This document shows positions 54,139-62,827 of a stretch of 64,000 nucleotides of DNA, one piece after another. The first letter of the stretch is position 1. The number at the start of each line of letters is the position of its first letter. Made by a program: the position numbers and the translations under genes. Location: positions 15,458 to 79,457 of the forward strand of contig JBAXTE010000003.1 in NCBI GenBank assembly GCA_037130365.1, written 5' to 3'. Source of the stretch: Bacteroidota bacterium (GTDB lineage: Bacteria; Bacteroidota; Bacteroidia; Bacteroidales; WCHB1-69). The notes beneath the pieces are model-generated. The model saw only the letters and a program-made list of their open reading frames with translations. It was not told the origin of the DNA and ran no database searches.

Positions 54139-55530
54139 ATGATGAGGGCAATTCAAAAAACCATCAATAAGTTAATATTTAAATGTCGGCTTAAAGAATA
54201 CAATAAAACTAGAAATAATGGCAATGTGATCTTTTGCTATGCCCCTTCAAAAGCATTGAGATTTTCGCTTAACGGACATGCTTTTGTTTGTTGTTTTAAT
54301 AGATTAAATTCACTTGGAAGATATCCGATCAATTCAATATCAGATATTTGGAATAATTCAATTAAAGAAGATTTACATAAATCAATAAATTATAAACAAA
54401 ACAATACTCTTGGTTGCCATTATTGCTACGATACAATAATGAGTAAGAGTTTTCATCTTACGGGTGCTAGAAATTATGACAATTATAATAATGAAGTAAC
54501 AAGTAATTATCCTTTATTAATTGATTTTGAACTTAGCAATACGTGTAATCTAAAATGCATCATGTGTAATGGAGAAAACTCAAGTAGCATTCGAAGTCAG
54601 ATTGAAAACAAAGACAACTACCCCAATTATTACGATGATTACTTTTTAGAACAATTAACCGAATTTATCCCATATTTAAAAGAAACCAGATTTTCTGGAG
54701 GAGAACCATTTTTAATTGATTTATATTATGATTTATGGGATAAGATACACAGCATAAACCCTTTATGCAAAATAATAATTCAAACAAATGGTACTATTAT
54801 TAATGAAAAGATACTAGAACTCTATTCGAAATACAACTTTCATTTATCATTTTCTATCGATTCTGTGAATAAAACCACATACGAGTCCATTCGAATTGGT
54901 GCTTCATTTGAAAAAGTAATGAGCAATTTCGAAATCATACATAAGTTATCACAAAAATTAAATCGTGAAATCGGTGTAAGCATTTGTATATTAAAAAACA
55001 ATATTCGTGAATTTAGAGATTATGTAAATTACTTTAATAATTTGAACACAAAAATCACGATTCATAAAGTATTAACTCCAATTAATCATAGTATATATTC
55101 ACTATCAATTTCTGAATTAGAATCCATAAAAAAAGATTTTATCAGTTACAAGTTCACTTCTAAAAATTCTATTGAAGAGTGGAATAACAAACTTTTCAGT
55201 AGTGTAGTATTTTTTATTGAATCGGTTTTAAAGCTAAAAAAAGCAAATGATTCAAATAAGGAAATTCAAACCAGTAAAAACAGTAGAGCGGCATTTATAT
55301 CAATAATACAAAGGGTAATAAATGATAATGTTAGTGCCATTCCTAAAGAAATACTTATTGAAAAAATCGAGGAGTTAATTTTAAATATTGATAAAATTCA
55401 AAATTCAAAAGAAGTCTATGATAACATTATACATCTTCCGGATGAATACATAATATCAGAACTAAACATAAACGATATTGATCGGATTATAAGTCGAATT
55501 ACTGCAAATAAAAATCATAAGAATGATTGA
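54139..55530 (+). CDS. Radical SAM protein with N-terminal twitch/SPASM-like Cys motif (paralog 1)
   Basis: N-terminal CYAPSKALRFSLNGHAFVCC...IWNNSIKEDL...GCHYC, followed by the core SNTCNLKCIMCNG (CX3CX2C). ATG at 54139 preferred over the TTG at 54112. Confidence 0.8.
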   Translation: MMRAIQKTINKLIFKCRLKEYNKTRNNGNVIFCYAPSKALRFSLNGHAFVCCFNRLNSLGRYPINSISDIWNNSIKEDLHKSINYKQNNTLGCHYCYDTIMSKSFHLTGARNYDNYNNEVTSNYPLLIDFELSNTCNLKCIMCNGENSSSIRSQIENKDNYPNYYDDYFLEQLTEFIPYLKETRFSGGEPFLIDLYYDLWDKIHSINPLCKIIIQTNGTIINEKILELYSKYNFHLSFSIDSVNKTTYESIRIGASFEKVMSNFEIIHKLSQKLNREIGVSICILKNNIREFRDYVNYFNNLNTKITIHKVLTPINHSIYSLSISELESIKKDFISYKFTSKNSIEEWNNKLFSSVVFFIESVLKLKKANDSNKEIQTSKNSRAAFISIIQRVINDNVSAIPKEILIEKIEELILNIDKIQNSKEVYDNIIHLPDEYIISELNINDIDRIISRITANKNHKND

Positions 55531-56902
55531 AAAATTTCACAAAAATAGATTGATTACAAAATACAAAAAGATAAGAGAGCAGCCCGATGCTCCTATTTGT
55601 TTGGCCCCTTTTAATTCGCTTTTTTTTGCCCCTTACGGAAGAATTATGTCTTGTTGGTATAATAAAAGAGAGCCCTTAGGCAATTATCCAGAAAATTCGA
55701 TTCAAGAAATTTGGTTTGGAGAAAAACTTGAAAACTTAAGAAAACATTTGCTTAAATACGATTTCTCACAAGGATGTGAAGTTTGTTATGCACATTTAAA
55801 AAAGAAAAACTTTTATTCTGTAGATGCAAATAGATACGATTATTTAGCCCAAGGTGATGGCAATCATCCTTCCTCTTTTGAGTTTCAGATTAGCCACCAA
55901 TGCAACTTTGAGTGCATTATGTGCAATGGTGAACTATCTTCGGGTGTAAGGCAAAATAGGGAAATGATGGATATGTACAAAAATCCTTACGACGAAAATT
56001 TTGTGATTCAACTATTGCCATATTTGCCATATCTTAAGGATGCTGCTTTTTCGGGTGGGGAACCTTTTTTAAATAAAATATATTTTGATATTTGGGAACA
56101 TTTAGCACAATTAAATCCAGAGGTAAAAATATCATTAACCACAAACGGGAGTATATTAAATGCTAAGGTAAAAGAGTATTTGAACAAATTGAAGTTTAAT
56201 ATTTCAATCTCTATCGACTCTCTGAATGAGGAGAATTATTCCTTAATTCGAAAAAATGGTGACTTGCAAAAGATGTTGGATAATTTTCAATATTTTTTAT
56301 CATACACCCGAGAAATAGGCACTTCTATGTCTATTAAAACCTGTCCGATGAAGCAAAATATTTTTGAAATACCTCTCATTTTAGAATTTGCCAACACACA
56401 AAATGTCCCAGTTTTTTTTAACACTGTAATTTATCCTCCTAATTGCACTTTAATCAACCAAAAATCAGAGAAATTGAAGGAGCAAATTATATTTCTTAAG
56501 TCTTATACATTCGATAATTCAGAAAATAAATGTGGTAATTTTAATCGATATTTTGCTTTAATACAACAAATTGAAGGGTGGTACGAGGATTCAATAATTC
56601 GCGAGAAGAACTATAAAAATTCAGTATTGAATTATGAGTACTTTATGAAAGTAGTAATTAAGAATGTTGCTCTATTTGTCAACGAGAATTCCGATTTCCC
56701 CGCAAAAGTAAAGAACCTTAAAATTATGTATTATAAAGACTTTTTAACTGAGGTTTTTGACTTAATTGTTGAAGAGCAAACAAAACTGTCAGCAGTTAAA
56801 TACCTATCCGAAATACCAATTTTTAGATTGTTATCAGAAATTGAATTTCGAGATCCACAACGATTAGCAGACCGACTTATTTATTCAAATTATAATGATT
56901 AG
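55523..56902 (+). CDS. Radical SAM protein with N-terminal twitch/SPASM-like Cys motif (paralog 2)
   Basis: CLAPFNSLFFAPYGRIMSC...IWFGEKLENLRKHL...GCEVC, then SHQCNFECIMCNG. Collinear with the preceding ORF (FSGGEPFL, TNG.I.N, SIDS motifs shared). 8-nt overlap. Confidence 0.8.
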   Translation: MIEKFHKNRLITKYKKIREQPDAPICLAPFNSLFFAPYGRIMSCWYNKREPLGNYPENSIQEIWFGEKLENLRKHLLKYDFSQGCEVCYAHLKKKNFYSVDANRYDYLAQGDGNHPSSFEFQISHQCNFECIMCNGELSSGVRQNREMMDMYKNPYDENFVIQLLPYLPYLKDAAFSGGEPFLNKIYFDIWEHLAQLNPEVKISLTTNGSILNAKVKEYLNKLKFNISISIDSLNEENYSLIRKNGDLQKMLDNFQYFLSYTREIGTSMSIKTCPMKQNIFEIPLILEFANTQNVPVFFNTVIYPPNCTLINQKSEKLKEQIIFLKSYTFDNSENKCGNFNRYFALIQQIEGWYEDSIIREKNYKNSVLNYEYFMKVVIKNVALFVNENSDFPAKVKNLKIMYYKDFLTEVFDLIVEEQTKLSAVKYLSEIPIFRLLSEIEFRDPQRLADRLIYSNYND

Positions 56903-56940
56903 ATAGATTTTTTTACTTAAGATATTAATAATCAAAAATT

Positions 56941-58311
56941 ATGAGATTTTGTGTACTCAATATTCCAAATGATAAAAAAATTATTCGCAAATACTCATGC
57001 TCTTACTATGCCAACGGCTTTTTATATCCACCAATCGAATTATTAAGAGTTGCAACAATTATAAAAGAAAGAGTCTCCATAAATAACGAGATTTTATTTT
57101 TAGATGCAATTGCAGAGAACTTAAACGAAAAAAGATGCATTAAACAAATTATTGAATTTGCTCCTGATTATCTTATAACATTAATATCAGTTGACTTTAG
57201 TAATTCTGAAAAAAGCTTCATTGCCAATTTAAAAAAAATATTTGAGGTAAAAGTTATAGCGATTGGATATTTGCCAGATTTGTATCCTCAATGTTTTCCT
57301 GTATTTGATGTGATTTTAGGTTCTGATTTTGAAAGCAGATTTTTTAAGGTTTTAGATAAAGAAAAAAATGATGATTTTTTAAACAAGCTAAAAATTGCAA
57401 CTGAACCCAATGTGTTTAATGCTGATATTATTAAAGGATGTGACTATTCTTTTTTGAATTCAAAAAATTATTATGAATTTTTAGCCAATGGAAAAACTGC
57501 ATTTACCTATTTTTCATTTGGTTGCCCCTATAAATGCTCTTATTGTATCAGAACCTATAATTTGGACTCGGTGTTTTTTAGAAATACTAAAAGCATTTTG
57601 GATGAACTTAGTTTCTTTGACTCCAAAGGATATTCGAATGTACGAATAATGGACGATAACTGCACATTAAGTAAGTCATTATTAAACGAGATAAAAGATT
57701 ATTGTGAACAAAATATGCTCCATTTTAATTTTTATGGACTCACCCGAATTGATTTAATAGATGATGAAATTGTCGAAATTTTAAAGAAATTAAATTTTAA
57801 ACGAATTTTTATTGGGATTGAATCTTTTGATATTCATAGAATAAATGAATATCGAAAGGGTAAATATATTGATTTAAAAATTGTTAAGGATAAAATTAAT
57901 AAATTAGTTAAATCCGGGATTGAAGTAGGAGTATTTTTGCTGTTTAATCCTTTAAATGAGGATTGGACATCTGTAAAAAAATCTCTCAAAATTTTAAAAT
58001 CATTACCAATTCAACATGCTGGAATTTCGTATCTAGTCCCTTATCCTGGAACATCATATTATGAGGATAATTATGAGAACATTCGAATGGAGTTTAGTCC
58101 AGATTATTCAATAAAGTATAAAGTTAAAAATCACTCATTAAATATTCTAACTCAGTATTACTTCTATATTATGTTTTATTTATTTAATAGGAAAAGGGTT
58201 CTTAAGTCTTTTGGGCATTTATTATTCTATCCAAAACAAATAATCACGATTATAGTCAATTTGTTTTTTCGTTTTTTTAAAGGGAAAAGAGAGAGAATAG
58301 ATTTTTCATAG
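56941..58311 (+). CDS. B12-binding-domain-type radical SAM protein with hydrophobic C-terminal tail
   Basis: The N-terminal YPPIELLRVATIIKE...FLDAIAE...PDYLITLIS pattern resembles cobalamin-binding domains. The core is FSFGCPYKCSYC (CX3CX2C). The C-terminus YYFYIMFYLF...IITIIVNLFF is hydrophobic. Confidence 0.65.
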   Translation: MRFCVLNIPNDKKIIRKYSCSYYANGFLYPPIELLRVATIIKERVSINNEILFLDAIAENLNEKRCIKQIIEFAPDYLITLISVDFSNSEKSFIANLKKIFEVKVIAIGYLPDLYPQCFPVFDVILGSDFESRFFKVLDKEKNDDFLNKLKIATEPNVFNADIIKGCDYSFLNSKNYYEFLANGKTAFTYFSFGCPYKCSYCIRTYNLDSVFFRNTKSILDELSFFDSKGYSNVRIMDDNCTLSKSLLNEIKDYCEQNMLHFNFYGLTRIDLIDDEIVEILKKLNFKRIFIGIESFDIHRINEYRKGKYIDLKIVKDKINKLVKSGIEVGVFLLFNPLNEDWTSVKKSLKILKSLPIQHAGISYLVPYPGTSYYEDNYENIRMEFSPDYSIKYKVKNHSLNILTQYYFYIMFYLFNRKRVLKSFGHLLFYPKQIITIIVNLFFRFFKGKRERIDFS

Positions 58312-58315
58312 AACA

Positions 58316-59785
58316 TTATTTTTTCATATAAATTTTAATACCATAGTATTGTTCATATGAGTTTACCCAAAGTTGATCTTCATTATTAGGACTTAGTTTT
58401 ACATTGTCTGTTATTGAATAGGGTAAGTCGTAGATGGTTTCTAAAAATACTGAATCTTGCTTTTTATCTTTTGCTTCTTGTATGCTTGTGTACCTTTTAT
58501 TCATTTTATTATCATATGATTGAATTCTTCCACTGCTCCAATCCAAAATTAGGTTCATTGGCGTTGAATGTAAAAAAAACAAGAAAGAGATTGCTAGTGG
58601 AATGTAAATATTAAATGCTTTACTTGGGATGATCACATTTGTATTCAGGTATTTAGGGTGGATTTGAATAGTTTCTATAAATAATAGACCTGAGATATTT
58701 ATAATCAGATAAAATAATTGAGCAGTGTTTTGCATTCTTGTAGGGAAATTATTTAAGGTTATAGTATCATGAAACGGCAGAATATAAGTAACATTCGTAA
58801 GACAAATAGTTAATAATGAAATGGGTAATAGAACTAATGGACCCAATAAAAGAATTTTTAGACTTATTTTTTTATGAATTAATATGCTTATTAAGAAGGG
58901 TAAGAGAAACAAATATGGAGCTAACTTTATCCACTGAATCAATAAAAACAAAGAGTAATTAAACGATATGCCAATTGATTTAAGTATAATGCCGAAATCA
59001 AATAATTTATTAAAATTCATTTCTCTATCTAACCCTACTCCAGGGGATGAAATTGAAAAAATTGAGAACGAAAAACAAAAGATAAAAAGAATGATGCTGT
59101 CCATTCTTAGATGAGATTTCTTAAGCAAAAATATCGAATAAATTAAGAAAATAAATATTGTAATGTTTGTGAAAACTAAATTCATTTCATTCATCCCGAT
59201 AGAGATAATTTCCAATATGATTATTAATATTAGATAAAATAAATTGTTTTTTTGATTTGTAATAACCATTAGTCTAAAGATGGATCCAATCATTAGTAGG
59301 ATAATGGATGCGGAAAATCCATATACGATTCCACCTGGACAAAGAAACATAAAATACTTTAAATCAGGAATTATTGCTGAATAACATGCCGTAAACAATA
59401 TACTTAATTCAAAGGTCAATAGCTTGTCCGTTTTTTGAATAAGTTTAAAAATACTCGAAAAAAAGTAATAGGCAGAGCTGATAAAAAAAAACAAGAAAAA
59501 AAGTGCGGAAACAAATTGGTATTCGGGCTTAGACCATACTGGAGGAATGAAGCCATGAAGTAAATTGGTCATGTATCTACCGTCATAAATGATATATTGA
59601 TCCACAGCTGCATTAATAATTCCTGCATGTATAGATTTATTTGCTTTAAATAAATCCTCGCCGTTTGGATGAGCATAAAAGGATGTATATGCTAATAACA
59701 AAATATACAAAATAGGGATAACTAAAATTGCCAAATGTCCGTTTTTGTATAAAAAAATTGCAATGTGATTTCTTGTGTTTTTCAT
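58316..59785 (-). CDS. Polytopic membrane protein (about 12 TM), putative GT-C-type glycosyltransferase or polymerase; paralog of 60752-62803
   Basis: Shares HPNGEDL / FPNVEDL, YDGRYMTNLLHGF / FDGRYFTNFLHGL, and the C-terminal soluble tail W.SG....Y...MN.RY..I..AK with the 683-aa protein. Confidence 0.45.
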   Translation of the reverse strand: MKNTRNHIAIFLYKNGHLAILVIPILYILLLAYTSFYAHPNGEDLFKANKSIHAGIINAAVDQYIIYDGRYMTNLLHGFIPPVWSKPEYQFVSALFFLFFFISSAYYFFSSIFKLIQKTDKLLTFELSILFTACYSAIIPDLKYFMFLCPGGIVYGFSASIILLMIGSIFRLMVITNQKNNLFYLILIIILEIISIGMNEMNLVFTNITIFIFLIYSIFLLKKSHLRMDSIILFIFCFSFSIFSISSPGVGLDREMNFNKLFDFGIILKSIGISFNYSLFLLIQWIKLAPYLFLLPFLISILIHKKISLKILLLGPLVLLPISLLTICLTNVTYILPFHDTITLNNFPTRMQNTAQLFYLIINISGLLFIETIQIHPKYLNTNVIIPSKAFNIYIPLAISFLFFLHSTPMNLILDWSSGRIQSYDNKMNKRYTSIQEAKDKKQDSVFLETIYDLPYSITDNVKLSPNNEDQLWVNSYEQYYGIKIYMKK

Positions 59786-60201
59786 TAATCTGTTGTTATC
59801 ATAAAATTGGAATATGTTGAGTCTGTTGATATTAAACTAAAGTATCTACGAATATTGGTTTTTTTATCGCAAATTACAACTCCATAGTGAATCTGTCCGT
59901 TTTCGTAACCTATTCCTGAAAAATAATAAAATCCATACTTAAAAGCTTCTCCAATTTCCTTAATTGAATACGATTGTTTGGGCTCTAAATATTGTGACCC
60001 ATTAAAAAAAGCATGGATTTGCTCAACCTTTTCATGATTTGGTTTTATGGTGTCATTGTTCATTGAGTCAGATGTTTGTTTCAAATAAAACCGAATTTCA
60101 TAGTTCTTAATTGCAATATGACTAGCCCAAAAAAACAGGACAATTGATAATACTAATAATAGGTATTTTGTTTTAATAATAATTCCATTCCTTAGTTCCA
60201 T
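59785..60201 (-). CDS. Small membrane-anchored hypothetical protein
   Basis: Single N-terminal TM (YLLLVLSIVLFFWASHIAI). Its stop overlaps the start of the downstream gene. Confidence 0.5.
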   Translation of the reverse strand: MELRNGIIIKTKYLLLVLSIVLFFWASHIAIKNYEIRFYLKQTSDSMNNDTIKPNHEKVEQIHAFFNGSQYLEPKQSYSIKEIGEAFKYGFYYFSGIGYENGQIHYGVVICDKKTNIRRYFSLISTDSTYSNFMITTD

Positions 60202-60240
60202 GATGTAAATTATATGTATTTATACTTATTTCATTATTAA

Positions 60241-60765
60241 TCAGATGAATATACTAGTTGGACGAATAATTGGGCTTATTTTTTTAAAAAATTCACCAAT
60301 TCCAAAAATTCTACGAATTAATACATTTTCGTCATTGATAATTATTTCGAATGTTATTACAATGTTGTGTGAACAGGATAGTAAAATTGAAAAATTTTCA
60401 GTATTTGACAAATTGTTTATTGAATAAAAAGAGGTAGGGAAAAGCTTAATAGTGTTGAAAATAAAAAATAAAAAATTATTCAATTCAATTTTATTAGGAG
60501 TTTTCGATGTAAAGAAAAGATTTGTGCATGATGAATCAACTTCATTTTTCTTAAATTCTTCAATTATGTTATAATACAACAAAGTAGTATCATCAATAAT
60601 GGATAAATCATCAGGGTTGTTACACGTTAATATTTTAGACATTAAGGAGTTTATATGGTTAAATGAAGTTGATACTTTTTTCACATATAATGAAAGGCAA
60701 ATTAAACAACAAGTTGCTAAAACAGTATAGATAATTGTGAAAATACAAAATTTATTTCTTGACAT
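60241..60765 (-). CDS. Small membrane-anchored hypothetical protein
   Basis: Single N-terminal TM (FCIFTIIYTVLATCCLICLSL). Its start overlaps the stop of the upstream 683-aa ORF. Confidence 0.5.
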   Translation of the reverse strand: MSRNKFCIFTIIYTVLATCCLICLSLYVKKVSTSFNHINSLMSKILTCNNPDDLSIIDDTTLLYYNIIEEFKKNEVDSSCTNLFFTSKTPNKIELNNFLFFIFNTIKLFPTSFYSINNLSNTENFSILLSCSHNIVITFEIIINDENVLIRRIFGIGEFFKKISPIIRPTSIFI

Positions 60766-62803
60766 ATTTCAAAATTGAATTTATTTTACAGATTGTATCA
60801 TTTTTGATTTTTATTTCATCAACATTAAAATAATTTTCATATGCAATATTCCAAAACTCCTCAAATCTATTCGGCTCAATGTCTGGTTTGGTATATATTG
60901 TAGTGGGTTTGTGTTTAATGCTTTCGAGTTCAACAGAACTCCAAATTGTGTTTTGTTTAGCTTTTAATATTGCTGAATACCTATTGTTCATTTCAGTTTT
61001 ATACCCGTCAAATTCACCAGATGACCATTCTGTTATTATTGTTTTGAAGTTGTTTTTATAAAAAGCGAGATGACACAGAACTAATAAAGATGATAACGTT
61101 ATTGCTATTGCTCTATGATTTTTAGTAATAATCCTTATGTTTTTGACTTTTTTTATAATGAATATTGGTAATAAAATAAATATTGCTACCTGAAAAATCC
61201 AATTCATAAAATTATAAATCCGCTCAGGGTAGTATTCAACACCCATTGGAATAAAAAAAGAAAACGGTAAAAGAAAAATCAACAGGAAGCAACATAAAAA
61301 AAGAGATATGATACTTCGATTTGAAAATCTCAGAAATGGATTAATGTCTTTGTGAAATATACTTGTAAAGATTATGAAGAGTGGAATAGTGAAAATATTA
61401 CTGAACAACCAGTCGTAAGTTGTTTTTAGTGTATAAATTGACCCTGAATTAATAACATCAATATAATAATTCAAATTTCTTGAAACACCTGAATTAATAC
61501 GATATTGAATACCCGGTGAGCTGATGAATATATAAATGCAACATAAAGAAATAAAAACAAAGGGAATAATATCAATTATACTCGATTTATGGTATCTCCA
61601 TGTGTAAATTATAAAATAGAATAATGCTATAGAATTTATAATAATCATCATTTCATTTATTCCATAACTGAATATTAGAAATGCAAAAGCTGAAATAAAA
61701 TAAAGGAATTTGTAACCATATTTTTTTTCATTTATCATTAATTTCAAAAAGCTTGTCCAAATTAACAAAAAATTCCATGCCCAAAGATAAACGAAACTAC
61801 TGGCCATCCAATAAATATCATGAACGATTGAAGGTGTAATCGCAAAATGTATAGTGATAAATAATGAAGGAAAAATAATAATAGACCAACTTTTCTTTGT
61901 AAAAAAAGAAAATGAAAAAACAAAAAAAATATGTGATAAATATGTTAGAATAATTGAAAAAATTAAAACAAATTTGTAGGATTCTAATCCCCAATAGACT
62001 ATTGGGGATAAACCGTGAAGAAAGTTTGTAAAATATCTGCCATCAAAAGTAGCTAAAGTCTGAACAGTGCCATTAATTATAGTTGTCTTCATTGCAACAA
62101 CGACTAAGGATAAGTCCTCTACATTAGGAAAGCTGAAAAAGGTAGGTAATATTATACAAAATAGCCCAAAAACTAAAATAACAACAAGCGCATATTTGTT
62201 AAAAATTGCCAGAATATGTAATCTAATTATTAGATATGCCAGACTTAGGACTAACGCAATCAGAAAAAATATTTTGAAATGTTCAATATTTGTTTTCAAT
62301 ACAGAAAATATTTTATTAACAAGATTGTTCTGTCCGATATTATTTCCAACAATAATTATGGACGTATCAGACAGGTTAGATTTAAGTGAATAGTTTTCTG
62401 TTGAATTTAGATTTTTAACATTAATTTGTAGCGGATGATTTTCAATAATGTTAACATTTGACTTTACTATAATTTCTTTATAATAGCCGCTGTTAATTTT
62501 CCAAGCATTTGAATTTGAATCAAATGGGATTAATACTTCTTTACATAAAGGCTCAATTCCAATAACAAAAAAATTGTTTTTTTTTTCTTTGTCTATGGTA
62601 TTAATAGTTATACAAATTGGCTCATAAATCGTTATCCTAGATAAATAGAGGAAAGTCAATAATGATGTGATTAAAAAAAATGTGGCAGAAAAGAAATAAA
62701 TTTGCTTTTTAGAGCACTTTTGTCTCGACAAAATATAATTGGCAATTCCCTTATTTGCCAAATATTCAATTATTGTTTTTTGAAAAGCAGTTAATTTATG
62801 CAT
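60752..62803 (-). CDS. Polytopic membrane protein with extra N-terminal extracytoplasmic domain; putative GT-C-type glycosyltransferase or polymerase
   Basis: See the paralog at 58316-59785. The N-terminal roughly 190 aa (TM + domain with WKINSGYYKEI) resembles the N-terminus of the SGNH protein at 31272. Confidence 0.45.
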   Translation of the reverse strand: MHKLTAFQKTIIEYLANKGIANYILSRQKCSKKQIYFFSATFFLITSLLTFLYLSRITIYEPICITINTIDKEKKNNFFVIGIEPLCKEVLIPFDSNSNAWKINSGYYKEIIVKSNVNIIENHPLQINVKNLNSTENYSLKSNLSDTSIIIVGNNIGQNNLVNKIFSVLKTNIEHFKIFFLIALVLSLAYLIIRLHILAIFNKYALVVILVFGLFCIILPTFFSFPNVEDLSLVVVAMKTTIINGTVQTLATFDGRYFTNFLHGLSPIVYWGLESYKFVLIFSIILTYLSHIFFVFSFSFFTKKSWSIIIFPSLFITIHFAITPSIVHDIYWMASSFVYLWAWNFLLIWTSFLKLMINEKKYGYKFLYFISAFAFLIFSYGINEMMIIINSIALFYFIIYTWRYHKSSIIDIIPFVFISLCCIYIFISSPGIQYRINSGVSRNLNYYIDVINSGSIYTLKTTYDWLFSNIFTIPLFIIFTSIFHKDINPFLRFSNRSIISLFLCCFLLIFLLPFSFFIPMGVEYYPERIYNFMNWIFQVAIFILLPIFIIKKVKNIRIITKNHRAIAITLSSLLVLCHLAFYKNNFKTIITEWSSGEFDGYKTEMNNRYSAILKAKQNTIWSSVELESIKHKPTTIYTKPDIEPNRFEEFWNIAYENYFNVDEIKIKNDTICKINSILKYVKK

Positions 62804-62827
62804 CTTTAAAAAAATCTATATTAAGAT

